Origin: Tubiluchus corallicola
Taxonomy: Eukaryota > Animalia > Priapulida
Assembly: GCA_030141605.1 (NCBI GenBank)
Contig: JAQGDQ010000118.1
Span: 372,001 to 436,000 of the forward strand
Direction: 5' to 3'
Length of the DNA stretch: 64,000 nucleotides
The notes under the pieces were generated by a model. The model was given only the letters and a program-made list of their open reading frames with translations. It ran no database searches and was not told the DNA's origin. This document shows, in pieces, positions 42,037 to 55,409 of this stretch (the first letter of the stretch is position 1; every line of letters begins with the position of its first letter). The position numbers and the translations under genes are program-made.

Positions 42037-45000
42037 CTGAAATGTACAAAACAGACATAATTTTGTATTGAATGTATCTAATTTTCATTATGTGCATATG
42101 TAACATTATGATTTGATAATGGTTTTGATTATAATTATGATATATACTTAATAAAATCATTTAGCACTGAGAACTATTTCTGTGGTTAAACAAAACAAGA
42201 GAGGTCAACTGTGAGGTCGAATTAACACTCAAATGTTTGCAGAAGTTTGTAAAAAAGGCAACATTTCATATGCATGTGTCGGCTGATATAGCAATTACCT
42301 AGTCACACATGAACTATAACGTACAAATGACTATACCATTATATGTCATCCACAATCCAATAAATAAATAGATATAGCTCTTACAAAGTCCTACATGGCT
42401 ATGTATAAACATTTATCTGATAAAAGAATCACCTGCTAAAATCTCCACTTTGGCCATTTAAACGAGAAGAGATTGCTAACAAGATTGAAGGATACAAACA
42501 AGACTTTAGTAAATCACAATATGGATTACTAAGTTTACTGATAAATTTAAAAACTCTCACTCTCTCATTCAAATATCCTATAATCAACTAAATGCAGCAG
42601 TAGAAGTAACTAAAGTTCCAGAACCAATGTAATGAATACTTTATTATAAAAATTCTTCAAATGTTGGACGTCCTACTTCATTACTTTATGACTAAACTAG
42701 CAGAGACCACCCACCTGCGGCTGCAGCTGTTATTTTAGATGCCATTTTAGCCATTATAACGGCTGTTGTTATTCAAATAGGGTGGGGATGTTGATACTCA
42801 GATTCGGGACCCTTAAAACCTCTAAAAAAACATATTCAATGACTAAATATTTTGGATGTCATTTGACCGCTATGTTGGATGACGATTTAAACTGCCAAAG
42901 GCTAAAATCTTTCAAGACCATGCTGGTTTCTATGGTACACCATATTTAGACGTATGCTGTAGCATGCGGGCATGCATAAATACCAGACAGACAGACAGAT
43001 TTTCATCTTTATTTATATAGATTATTCAAAAACTAAATAAGCACATAGTGGACTTCATTAGCACAAAGTCTTCAGGTACCTGCAGTGGGTTCACGTAGCT
43101 CTTCAAAATTAGGTGCTCTATCACCGCCACGCTGCCGTTGACCTCCGTATCCAAAATCTCGACTATTACCTCGTGCTCGTGGTGGACCATCATATCTTAA
43201 AACATATTCATTTAATAGAGGAACTAAATAAAAATAAAATGATATACAATACTGTGGTGCATTGTTACCAGCAGAAAAAGAATTAGTTAACTTTTGTTTA
43301 ACAGTAAAAATTTATAGCTTAAAGCTGTAAAAGCACATATCTGTATTGTAAATTACTTTCTGGTAAAGTCATAGCATTCAGCAAACAAAAACTCATCATC
43401 TAATTAGAAAATTGTAAAGACAAAAATGGCATTTAACATGAAGTTATGTGTTTACGAATAAGGAAGCACAGTTTTATTATCTTTTTTGCTGCAGCTAGGA
43501 GAAACTTTAATTACATGAACATATGTGGATTGAATCCATATGCAAGCCCTATTGTTCTCTATTGTGCGGAAATATGTAACACCTAATTCACAAACGATTC
43601 TGGCAACAGGATTATTACCCTGTACAGGTCGGTGCTAGTTGACAAAGAAATCGAAAAGTGTTTGTTGAAATAGGCATTGGAAAAATGTAACAACGTACAG
43701 GGTCGCATAATATGGGAAAAACATGAAACAAAGGTACATTGAAAGAAAAAAGGTGTGAAGGAAAAAGTGGATCTCCTCCGTCAACTAGGCAGTGTTCTGA
43801 TAAAATGGACATGTCCCCGGCACATAATGCAACAGCAAACCAGTGATCTCAGCTGCCGCAAGAGCTTACTAGATGTGGATGAACACTGTTTTAGCTGTTG
43901 GCTAATAATTTAGTGAGTGGATTCAATCATGGCGGGTTTCATGCAAAATCCATATGGTTCATAATTTAGTGAGTGGATTCAATCATGGGGGGTTTCATGC
44001 AAAATCCATATAAGAAGCTATTATTGGTTAATTTTACCAATAAGTGACTTGGGAGAGAAGTGGGTCATATAAAGCCTGAAATATGTCAAGGATTTTACAA
44101 ACATTTTGAACGTCATCAAAAATTCTCAGTTTATTCTGAAATTTAACAAAAATAACAAACCTCTCGTAACTGCCGCGGCCTCGATAGTTGTATTCACCAC
44201 CTCTATCTTGATAGCCTGAAATAAAAAAATATTCATTTTAGCTTTCGATAATTTTTATTAAAAAAAAACAGTAAGTTATCCCATAAATTTTCTGTATGAG
44301 CGCAACAAAAGGAAACTGTTGTCACTTTTACAGCACAACTTTCTTTCATGATTTTTTTGTTTTTAAATATCATCAATTGTTCCTGCAAAAATATGAATAG
44401 GGAATATATATATATATATATATACACACGTGAAATATTCCCTATTCATATTTTTGCAGGAACAGTTGATATATATATGCATAGGCTGATTACATATTCA
44501 CTAAGCAAATACACATTCACATGCTTTTTTAACATCTATTTTTAACCTACATCTACTTTGTGTAAATTAAAATCTTCCTTGTAACTCATGAGTGCCAAGA
44601 TTGAGGACACGTTAGTCAGATCAGCAAAAGTAGGCTGGTGATTGTTATAGTTTAGCACCTTATTCCATGAGTAATTATAACTCGCTGTTAAATTTTTGTT
44701 GCTCTTAAAAATATTTACTTTTTTTTTATTTTTGCAAATATCTGTAAAAAGATTACCGGGCAATTAAAATTGCTATTACGTCAACAATTTAACACTACAT
44801 AAATTATCAAAGTTGCGAAACACAATTTTTGTGATCACTTTTGTAAGTGTATTTGCCATTGTGCGTACTTTCTGTATAAGTACGACATAGCTGATGAAAT
44901 AAACAATAATCTAATCTATGATGCTTCATGTTTTATTTCTTGCAATTGCTGATTACACACAGCCTAGACCCTAGAATAAACAAAAATAAGGCACACCTCT

Positions 45001-48000
45001 ATCGTAATTGCCTCTATCATATCCACCTCTGTCATAACCACCTCGGTCGCCGCCTCTTCCTCGGCCACCTCCCCTATATCCTCCTAAGAGTATAAGACAA
45101 ATGCAAATCGTATTTTTTCCAAGCAATCTTCCAAAGTGCAATACAGTAAATCCTCGTTTAGCGACGTTTCGTTTTAACAACGCTGAATGTTTGACACCTT
45201 TTCCTCACTTAACGACGCACGTTTCACTTTAACAACGATTTTTTTAGTTTGCTTAAAGCCATTTTTCATTTTATCAGCAACTTTTTTACCTAATTTGAAG
45301 CATTAAAATGATAAATATATTGCATTATTCTGTTTTAAAAATGTACTACTGTAAGACACTACAATTATGTTGTTGCTTCCTGACTGACTACACACTAAAT
45401 GCGAGCCGTTTATATCAAGCGAGATCTATTTATACGCCTCAAGACACCTAAGTTCAAACTTTATGCTAAGGAAATTTGTCTACAAACTGCTGCTATTGCA
45501 ACCAGCTGATACTACATTCATGAAATTATGCCAAGATCGCTCCAGGGTTTGGCATTCACTGCAATGTTGAACCACTAACTGCCAACATATAGGGCTTCAA
45601 CGTTAACAAAAGGGAAGCCGCTAGTAAGTTTAGCTAAGTATTGGTAACAAAGAAATGGTTTCAAACAAACAGATGAAATTAATCAGTAGAAATATGAATA
45701 AAACACATAAAATGTATAATTTATATGATTAAAGCAACATTGAGCTTTGCCTCTGGAACGTATCTAAATTCTTTTACACAACCTTCTACGGAAGTCTTGG
45801 TTTCATTTAACAACGTTTCGCTTAACATCACATTTTGCTGGAATGCTTTAGAGTCATTAAGCGAGGTCTTGCTGTATAGATAACGAGTCAAGAATTTGCC
45901 AAAAGTTATGTAATCATTAAAATTCTTATGAGCTGCACAAAACTGGTGTTACAAATTTGTAAACCATAGTGGTGGTTTTAGTTCAAGTATACCTCTTGGG
46001 GGTCGACCACCACGACCTCTATCATATCCACCTCCTCGTTCATTGCGTCTTCCCTCTGCTACGTCTACGCGGATATTTTTATCGATAAAAAGCTGAAAGT
46101 GGTTAAACGTTTTTTTACAAACTTCACGTCATATAATGTTGTTATTATAAAACATAAATGCAAAAAACAGAAACAAAATACATGCTCGTCTCAAAAACTG
46201 CAAATATACACACTGTTTTGACAAAAAAACTATTCACACTAAGATCCGTGTCACATAGAGCTGGACATAATTCATAATGCATAAGCCATAACGAGAAAAA
46301 GCTGCCTCAGGAAAAGTAAACGTATGTTAAGCAATGGTCCCTGTCGCACAGATAATCTTCCGTTGAATTTGGTTTGCCTGCCATAAGCCGTCAGCCATAA
46401 TTCACGGCAGGCTACTCACGAGCAGTCTTGAGCGGTTCATCAGGCTCTGTATTGCGAAATGAATTTGCTCGTTAATTTCATTTGCCATAAGGCATTTCGG
46501 GTCATCGCTAACATGGTAATTAGCATGTATGTGGTTTTTACAGTGTACAATTCGTTTACATCGTAATTATTCTTAACAGAATGGTCTCATAAACATGAAA
46601 AAGCAATTTTTAAGCACGGCATTTCACTAATACTGCAATTAGGTACGTGCATTGCCGAAGCGGGTTAAACAAATGCCCTACAATTTACACCGAGTACGGA
46701 GCATACTGCAGATAATGATATGTGCCTCATGGAAGATAGAAGACACCTTATGGCTTACGGATTATGAATTACGGCTTGCTGCTTATGCCTTTCTCTGTGT
46801 GACACAGGCCTAAAAAGTACATTATCATGTTACTATGATCAGTTAAAACATGTTCAGGTTAAAATCTGATGCTAAATAAAAAGTTCTAATACAGTGATCC
46901 AGTATTCCAGTGTCAACCTCTTTTGCCACATTCTCACACCTCTTTAAAAGATTGTTTGATTATTTAATACATTGCCCCTGGACAATATGTCAGAAAGTCA
47001 AACTGCTTTTTAAGACTGTCTGATTCTGTACATACTAGATTTACTTGGATTATTTTTATAAATGAAGTTTTATAAAAGTAATAGTAACAGAAGGTTTTGA
47101 TAAATATGGAAACTTCACTAGAAGTAGTTTAAATCATATTATGACATTCAATGTTTGATGTCCCATAGCGAATAAAAATAATTTGTAAATCTGTAGCTTG
47201 CAGAGGACCAATATTCCAGTGGTATGAATCAGCCACTTTGTGGTATCTCTGAAAAGTTAAAATTCACAGAATAGGGCTTGGGGCACTCTCCTTGGTAGAG
47301 AACCATTATTCCAGACAAAGCAGGACCACCATGAAAACAGGCTTTAAGCTGCAGAATAAGACATGGATGCAACATACATTCGTACAAAGTTATCAAAAAC
47401 GCACGAAAAAATAATCCAAATATTCTACTTCTTAATTATTTACAGCTATAAATTTGCTGCGCATTACCAATAAATGCCTTAGTAACACCTATTATGAAAA
47501 ATGTTGGACACCTTGGTAGGAAACAGTGCAAACACAAATTCGCGTCAAATAACATTTATAAACAAAAGGCTACTTACTGCACCATCGTAAGCAAGTGCGT
47601 CTTGTAAAGAATGTAAATCTTCAAATTCCACATAACAGAAACCTACAACATGGAGTTTTCTTGTTAAACAAATTACACAAATTGTACATGAAAAGTTATG
47701 ATATTAAGGAAATCGACATTACTTAAACTGATAACCAAAATTTCACTTATTTGATGAAAAGTTTAATTTGATGCTGCTACTAAATTCTGTAAAAAAAGTA
47801 GCATCAGTTAATTGACAAAGTATAGTTATACTGCATTTGTTTAATACATAGCATTCTTAGTTACTATCAACGTTTTACTTTAAATACCTTTAAATTTGTC
47901 TGTTTCTCGGTCGCGAACAAGACGCACGCTTCGCACCTATAAAAAAACAAATGCTTTAATTTTTTTTAAAGCACTACTAATTGTTTCAATAACATGTAAA

Positions 48001-48377
48001 AGAGTTACAGTAAGTCCTTGCTTTAACGATGCTAATGCGTTCCAGCAAAGGGTGCCATTAAGGGAACTTATCTTTAAACAAAACAATGATTTCCATAAAA
48101 AATAATGTAAAAGCATTCAGTTGTGTTCCAGCAGAAAAAAAATCAATAATGCCTGACTATGGAAAACTGTTCAGTTGCTTGCAGGGGAACATAATCACTG
48201 AAGCTTGGCTATGTAAAGGTGTTCAGTTTTGTTGGCAGAAAAAAATCAATAACTCTTGGCCATAAATTAAACACTTTATATAGTTCATTGCTTACAGTTC
48301 TAGAGCACCTATTTGTTTAATTAAGCTGTTAATGAGTAGTCTATTAATTAATTTTGGTGGCATGGGGTTTATATATA

Positions 48378-48426
<49 letters not shown>

Positions 48427-51400
48427 ACATGTATAAGATACAATACTATAGCTATGAGGACGGCACCATTTTCGGTGATCTATTTATCAAACAAAAGGTC
48501 TCAATCTAATGTCGTCTCATTGATGGTTTATTTTTCTAATCCGGCCCAACGGGAGGAATGGTGGGCAAAAAACCTCCAATAATGGCCCACTTTTTGCCAA
48601 ATTTGTACTCCTTATTTCTAGAGAATGGCAACTTGTCGGGGCGGCATGTATAATTTTTGGATAGCCAATTCAACGGTGGGTGGAGTAAGCATATTTAGAA
48701 TTTGCAAGTGGGCCAAACTAAAATCTAAATTTGAAACATAGGTCCTTCCTCCTCTGGTTGCTCTCCTTCTCATGTCTTCATTTTTTTCTCTTTTTGTTTG
48801 CTCATAAGAAAATCAAGTGTTATTTCTTGATTGCCAGCCTTTGTCCTTTTTAGCCAGCACTTCCTAAACACTGCATCACATTTGCAACATTCCATCTTAC
48901 TTTGAGAGTTGGGTTCTCTGTTAATATCATTTTCAGTATTGTCTTGTGACAGGTAAAATGTAATGAGGTGAACGCAGCACTTAAGTACGTAACATGAAAG
49001 AGTTTACCAGATCAACCAAAGGAATTTTTACCTAAAGGTGAGAAAGCAATGAATCATTGTGGTCTATTCCAACTGTGTCTGTCTGCCTCCTATCAGTTTA
49101 TTTAGGCAAATTACTACACCCATAATAATCGTACTGTGATCTAGGTTAAGTAGTGGGTTTTGTTTATACAGTGCAGCGCAGCAAAGAAGATTTATAGGAA
49201 GTAAGACTAAAAAATGGTTACTAAAACGAAACATGCGACATTAAATGAAAAAATGGGATCAAAAGATTAGCGTCATTAAAACGAAATATCGCTCGACAAA
49301 ATAAACGACAACATATAATGCAAATTACTGTATATAAATTATAGATTTCACATAATTGTAATGTGTAATGTCATATAGTTTAATCAGTACAACTGCATTT
49401 GAATTTAGCCATATTATTACTTCGACTAAATATGAAAGTACAGTCAACCTCGGGTATAAGGTACTCGCTTATAAGGGATACTCGTTTATAAGAGACCACC
49501 AACACCGGTCCCGAATTTTCATAACGTTTTTCTAAGTAAAAATCTTTAAAAGATTTCGGTTATAAGGGACGATATCTTTAGGTCCCGCTAACAGAAACCA
49601 AGGTAAATTACCTCGCATATAAGGGACCCTGTGATCAAAGCGAAATTGATCGATTTTTAACCTCAATTTTTCGCAAACTCGGCCTTCGAACAGCTTGGTT
49701 TCCGCGGTCACATACATCTCGCATCGCCAAAGGAGCTTCCTACATACCGTTTGCACTGAATGTGTAGCAATAATCCATAAAAATATGGGTAAAAGTACAG
49801 AAAAGTGCAAGTCTAGATACACCCTCGGTCTGACTCAACTTCGGCTATAAGGGACTGTTTTTTCCGGTCTCGAGGTGTCCCTTATATCCGAGGTTGACTG
49901 TATACATGTCATGTTTAGATATTTATGCAAAAATATGGCTTATCCATGTGCAATAAAATTATATATACCACGAGCATTCTACACAAGTGAAATTAACTAT
50001 GCTCTTTAACTAGTTATATGATCTAGAAAAACGGAACTTCATAGTCCAACTAGAAAAAAGAAGAACATGTAGCAGTCTAATGCTTTGCATTTAAAAAAAC
50101 CCTAGAATACGCAAAAACTCGGGGAATAAAACTATTCGTCACTGATTCTTGTCACACAAGTAAAAAGCTGCAAATGCTAAGAAAACAATATATTTACCCG
50201 TTGTCCTTTAAAAATTTCATCAATATCTCCTTGTACTATGCCTTGTGGGAGGTTTCCTACATATGCAGTAAAAGGAGGTTCAGTGGGAAGAGGTTTTCCA
50301 GTTCGGCTTGTACCAGCTCTGAATGAAAAAACAAATTTTTTTACACTTATAATTAAAGCCAACAATTATGTTTGGTTAAAAATCTAGAGTGAAGAAACGA
50401 CTAAGTGGTTTTTCCTTGTGACATTGGCTGATAAGTCAGGGCAGCACTAGGGTTAGTTAGTAAATAGATGGGTGGTAACACAAAAAAACTACGTTTTGTG
50501 CAATATTATCTACCATAATGCCCCACCATATTTCTCATAAAAGGAGATAAACGTTGGAGGTGTTTACATAAATAAAACATTAAGAATTAATAATAACGTG
50601 GGTATACAGAATGATTTCCATTCAAAAATTAAAAACCTGCTTAATCTGAACTATTGCAAGTCGACGCAGGAACGAGGAACGGCTAAGCTTGGCATTTCCT
50701 GAGAAGTGAGGACACCTGATTAAGGTGTAAACGATTCTCAAAGGGAAATGCGATGGCACAGCATGTGATTTTATCAGATTGAGATATCACTACACTTCAT
50801 CAACAAGGGCACTAACTCCCACAATAAAAAATTTCAAGGTGTGTCCTAAGTTGAATGTAATAAAAAATATTATTTTGTGCACAGGTTAACAGATGTAATA
50901 TCAGACACACACAAACCAAAATATGTAAGAAAATAAAAATAAACACTTAATTATTAAAACAATGGCTATGTACAAGTGTGTTGTTGGCACTGACATTACA
51001 CTGCATAAGCTGACTTTCTTAGCCAGGTTTCTGATTATATAAGTTAATACAATTGCACAGTCAGTCAGTAATTAACATCAAGCAAAACATCAATCATTCG
51101 TAGTCAAGCTCTGCTGATTGCCCAATCACAGTGCATGATTTTCACATGCCTACGAAACCTACTCGTTCACCTTTCTTTTGGTGCAAATTGGGACATGAGC
51201 TGCAACTATGTATCACTGGTATATGTTATACTGTTATGAAAATGCCCAACTTTTCATGTTCGTGGGAGAGAAATTGGCCTGATTTTACACTTTATTACAG
51301 CTTGTCGATTGTAGTATTGTCGAATGAAATTGCAAGTGAATTAATGGAAATATATAGTCGAATTTCATTTTTATAGGAAGAATCATCTCTGAAGTGATGA

Positions 51401-54109
51401 TCTAATTATTAATAAGATATGCAGATTAGTTTATGAATTTGCAAGTTAATGACAACTATATGATTAATTATATAAAATTAACCTAATGACGTTAGGCCAA
51501 ACATATAATGCTGCTCTAACAACGCAAAGATCAGAATGCCTGTCTGAACAAAGGTGACGAAAAAATTTATATTTCCAGATTAAAGCCAGAGTTAGCAGGT
51601 ATAAATGATTCAAAGTTAATGTGCATGTAAAAATTACAGCCTGAACACCTCTAAGTAGGTTTGCGCAAGTTATAGGAATAGAAATAAACTAGTTAGCAAT
51701 AGATAGTCCTAGCGGTAGAGTTGAACTCATTAACGGGAATCCCTGACAACTTTCAGGATTATGGGGTAAGCGACCACACTCAAAGAAACCCACATTCAGA
51801 GAAAATATTTTCAGAAATTTTCAGGCAAAATGTTTTCTTCCTGGCCAGTTTTTATAAACCTCAATAAGATCTTCACAGTCTAAATTAATTCAAATGTGTC
51901 TTCTTTTTTATTCAAATGTGGTCAAAATTCATATTACATATCAATGTAATATTAGTATCCTGAAATGGTCAACTTTATGCTTTTTTCTGGTTATAATCAC
52001 AATTAAGATGCCATTGGGACTTATGAAACTCAGGCAAAATATGAAAAAACACAATTAGTTTACATTTACTGCTGGTTATACATTAGTTGTCATGTTGTTT
52101 ACTAAAGAGAGTTGCTATTAGGGGAACTGCTGTTCCAAATGCCGCTAAGTGTGCTCATGTCACAAAGGAGGCAGAATGACAGGACATGCTTGATGCCAAT
52201 TACAGAGAATTCTGAAGAGAGTGCTGTCCAGCATAGCCCAAAACCACGTGAAGGGATTGCTATGAGTAGGGGAGAGCGCACTATCCCCACAATGAGTAGG
52301 GGAGTACCATTAAATTCCCCTCCCCTTTTCAAATGGGTAGTGAGGAAAGAATATCACTAATGTTAATGTTCATATTAAAGTGAATGTATATTGGAATGTC
52401 CACTTCATGTCATCCACATTGCTCTCACTCTCACATCTACAATGTTCATTGCCTCTCCACTGTTTCATAAGAATGTGGATGCTGACAGTAGCTATAGTAG
52501 AAATGTTCGTAAGCATGGTGACATCACTATAAGGCCCTATAGTGTTACGACATGTTTGTTGCAGCCTCGCCGTAAGTGTAATGCCAGGCAGATCACCGAG
52601 TTGCTCATCAAGCAGAATATAGTGCAAGCTAATTCAATGCAAAGTACACAAGTTTAGTGGCTACCAACCGGGACACTTCATTGTTCAAATGTACAGCATC
52701 TCATAGGTTTTATTTGACTGTACTGGTCTCTTTGGATGGTAGTTTGAGATATGGTTTGAAATGCAATAGTGGTTTCTAGAGCATGGTCTTGCAGAAGACT
52801 GCAGCATTTCATGGTGAGCAGAAGTAGGTATTTGTTGTTGAAAGGCAGTGATGTCGATGAATGTAGTGCGGGTTAGGTGACAAAGTTTACGTCGTAAAAC
52901 ATGTCTGTGTCGTCAACATTTGGCCAGTGCTAGTACAAAAAATACAGCCATAATTATGCAAGATACAAGTGATGCCCCACTATGTCTTTTTGAAGATTTT
53001 GACAGATATAGTGATCACTCAGCAGTAGTTTTTTCTTGTATTCAATAGCTGCTTGCAATTTGTGGACATCGGTGTCAATGCAAAAGTTGTTATCAGTGGG
53101 GCTGTCATGCAACGTGAATTTTGGGATTGGTTTGCTTGCAGTAGGATGAAACACTGTAACATTCCAAATATTGTCTAATAAATTTGTGGCTAATCAAAGT
53201 TTTCAATGTTTTTAAAATAGCTAGGTGGGATTGAAGATTTTGAATGGCCCAAGTAAAATACTGGTGTTTTTACATGGTTGGTTTTCAAACTGAATGCAAT
53301 GTGATCAAATAGTGTGATTTTTCTGGACAGTTTGAGCATAATGCTAAGTGTACTTTGCTGTGATGCACGTTGTGATAAATTGTTCGAATTTGAGTAGGTG
53401 ACTGCCATACATTACATTTACAAAAATAAATGAAATAATCTGTCAGATTAAATGGCTGGAGCAAGTTCAGTATTAAAGAAATTTAGACATTTATTAAATT
53501 TGCATTGGCAAAATCATCCAATGAATTTGAAATATGATTACACTTAAAATAAGTTGTAACATTGCATTACCAAGTGCCAGTTCAAGATCCTGGTAGTAAA
53601 TAAGTTAAGATTAAGAAACCTTTACAGGTAAGTAAGTAAAAAAAATTATTTGTCTCTGAATGTTACAAAATAAACATAAACAAAAGCTAAAAACTAAAAT
53701 AAAGACGGAAAAGAGACGGGGTGGCAAAAAGACCTCACCAAGTCAACCACCCCTATCCAAACTTAAGAAAATTAAGTGACCTGTCGTACAGTACCCCATC
53801 TTAATAGTTTAACTTTAACGGGTTAGTTTGCGTTCCTGCCATAAATATTAACTAAGACTAGCCGGTAAATGCCGGATGTCGGCTCGCAAGAACCTCATCA
53901 TACGACAATCTAGTAGAAGCACTATAAGTACTGATGTCTAGACTGAGCCCCAACAAACTATTACCTTTAAGATTTCTAAATATTTTACAAATTAAATAAA
54001 CCCCAGTGTTAATGTACATCTATAACAGAATTTTTCATATTATTTACCCTCCATAACTTCCAGAACCTACACCGTCTCGGTAATCGTTGTAACCGTGATA
54101 ATCTGCCAT
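41867..54109 (-). CDS. EIF4H: eukaryotic translation initiation factor 4H (9 coding exons, 274 aa)
   Basis: Exons 54048-54109, 50198-50318, 47888-47936, 47578-47642, 45993-46092, 44997-45083, 44161-44215, 43080-43195 and 41867-42036 are all GT-AG with consistent phases (825 nt). The protein has MADY..., [15 protein letters not shown] (RNP2), [19 protein letters not shown] (RNP1), IRVDVAEGR, and the C-terminal [11 protein letters not shown]...IFGGAKPR diagnostic of eIF4H. Confidence 0.96.
42697..43021 (-). mobile_element. non-autonomous Helitron (325 bp) in an EIF4H intron
   Basis: The minus strand starts with host A|TCTATATAAATAAAG...(CTGT)n and ends with an imperfect GC-rich hairpin followed by CTAG|T. 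There is no TSD. These are canonical Helitron termini. Confidence 0.8.
43080..43195 (-). CDS. EIF4H: EIF4H exon 8
   Basis: taag|[38 protein letters not shown]|gtacc. Confidence 0.9.
43905..44011. repeat. 56-bp tandem duplication
   Basis: 43905-43960 is repeated from 43961, with 50/51 identity over the shared part. Confidence 0.92.
44161..44215 (-). CDS. EIF4H: EIF4H exon 7
   Basis: ttcag|[19 protein letters not shown]|gtttgt; bridges phase 1 to phase 2. Confidence 0.88.
44997..45083 (-). CDS. EIF4H: EIF4H exon 6 (RGG/DRGGY repeats)
   Basis: ttag|[29 protein letters not shown]|gtgtgc; 87 nt, phase 1-1. Confidence 0.88.
45144..45874. mobile_element. Tc1/mariner (pogo/Tigger-like) MITE
   Basis: TA|CAGTAAATCCTCGTTTAGCGAC ... 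GTCATTAAGCGAGGTCTTGCTG|TA: imperfect TIRs, TA target duplication and subterminal TTAACRAC repeats. Confidence 0.8.
45993..46092 (-). CDS. EIF4H: EIF4H exon 5
   Basis: ttcag|[33 protein letters not shown]|gtatac. Confidence 0.93.
46243..46810. mobile_element. PIF/Harbinger-like MITE
   Basis: TAA|GATCCGTGTCACATAGAG ... CTCTGTGTGACACAGGCC|TAA, plus inverted subterminal blocks (TAATTCATAAT..TAAGCCATAA / TTATGGCTTA..ATTATGAATTA). 3-bp TAA TSD. Confidence 0.8.
47578..47642 (-). CDS. EIF4H: EIF4H exon 4
   Basis: tag|[22 protein letters not shown]|gtaagt. Confidence 0.95.
47888..47936 (-). CDS. EIF4H: EIF4H exon 3
   Basis: tag|[16 protein letters not shown]|gtatt. Confidence 0.95.
48370..48426. 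repeat. (TA)n(TG)n microsatellite
   Basis: Direct reading. Other (TA)n tracts occur at about 36235-36260, 44404-44424 and 57857-57893. Confidence 0.95.
49441..49900. mobile_element. Tc1/mariner (pogo/Tigger-like) MITE, well preserved
   Basis: TA|CAGTCAACCTCGGGTATAAGG ... CCTTATATCCGAGGTTGACTG|TA (TIRs 20/21), with several internal TATAAGGGA subterminal repeats. Confidence 0.92.
50198..50318 (-). CDS. EIF4H: EIF4H exon 2
   Basis: ttcag|..[40 protein letters not shown]|gtaaat. Confidence 0.95.
54048..54109 (-). CDS. EIF4H: EIF4H coding exon 1
   Basis: AAG-ATG-G start; [20 protein letters not shown]; donor GG|gtaaat, phase 2. Confidence 0.88.
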
Positions 54110-54620
54110 CTTCTTGGCAAAAGGTGCCGTGCCTGTCAGCAAAAGTTCCGACGCAGTAAAAAGAAAAATAAAGATGTATTAGTGTGTTGTGCAAAAATAA
54201 AAAGTTTATGCAAGGAAATATCCTTGCGTTGTAGCCGTTATCAAATATTTGTAGTAAAGATTGTTTTAAATTTTAAGAAATGTCTTGCAGCACCTTTCTG
54301 CCTGCTGAATTACATGTAATTTGAAATGCAAAATCCGAAACAAAATATTAAACGGATTAAAAAAACTGATAAAGATTATAGTATAGTACAGCCTTCAACA
54401 AAGTCAGCTTTTAACTTGTCCAGTACTCTTATATTTCTCTGCTAGAAATTCAGCAAAGTGCTTAACAAAAAATTACAGTGAAAATTTATGAGTACGAAAA
54501 TGACTTTGGACGGTTTCGACTTCGACTTTTGCAAAACCCGTTGCTCATGTAAACAAGTTTATTGTTTCACCCACTGAGCGCTAACCGCGCGAAAATTGCT
54601 TTTGAGTACTGGTGTTCTTA
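54110..54620. promoter_or_regulatory. probable divergent promoter region for EIF4H and RAD54B
   Basis: Lies between head-to-head genes and is locally CpG-richer. It has a minus-strand pyrimidine tract at 54158-54174 and an E2F consensus TTTCGCGC at 54587-54594. Transcription starts are not observable. Confidence 0.5.
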
Positions 54621-55005
54621 GAAAAAAGATTGTTTTATAAATTTGTTACCATCGTGTTAATAACAGTCTTGAAATTTCTGATTCACCGCTTTCTATTCTT
54701 TTTGCATCTTATTCATTTTGGATCAATATTATTAATAAATAAAGCTTTTGGGTCATGATAATTATTAAACTACAAAGTCGGCATGTTAAGGCTAGCGTCA
54801 GCAGTCATAGTTATACAATACCATACCGCCGCTCTTAAAATATAAGAGTAGTAGAGATTAATCGAGCAACCTTATTTTAACCCCATATTTCGTATTTAAA
54901 TATCTATCCTGCTTGTTTTTGAAATTGTTCACTGAAGAAAATTTAAAAATTTCTTATGGGAGTAAATTTCACTCTCTAACCGCCCTTCCTGTGAAAATTT
55001 TTTTT

Positions 55006-55330
55006 CTATGACGTTTCCTCAATACCTTCATTCATGCTGGTCATCTTACACTCTAGAAGCTTATTTTTTCTATAGTGTGAATTTCTTGCTTGTACACAAT
55101 ACTCTAATTTGGATCTGTATACGCTTTTGCACAATTTCATGATTGCCGCAATGTCTCTGGACACAAACTGTTTCTTTATCATTCCTAATTTTTGATTAGC
55201 ACTCTTCACCTCTGCACACTGGCTTGTAGATTTCATGTCGTCAGCCAAGTCCTTTTCTTGTCTAACAGATGTTAACTCTGCACCTTCATGTCGTACACCT
55301 TACCAGGATTGTTGTATCCAAAGTGCATTG
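55006..55330 (-). mobile_element. CR1-type LINE ORF2 fragment
   Basis: MHFGYNNP...EKDL...QCAEVKSANQKLGMIKKQFVSRD...YRSKLEYCVQA matches the post-RT CR1 pattern (KAN..LG.I.R.F..R...LYK..VRP.LEY). Decayed. Confidence 0.85.
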
Positions 55331-55409
55331 TCTGCTTAATCAGATCTCACAACAGTCTTTGAAAACAATAGCCTTTCTCTTGAAATCAGAGTCAGGACCC
55401 TTTCAAATT

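Noticed and set aside
52100-53400. Possible decayed RNase H-bearing LINE in EIF4H intron 1 (minus strand)
   Set aside because: Only vague motif echoes; too degraded to call without a database search.
53830-53905. Box C (ATGATGA) on the minus strand in EIF4H intron 1 as a snoRNA
   Set aside because: No properly placed box D (CTGA) or terminal stem.
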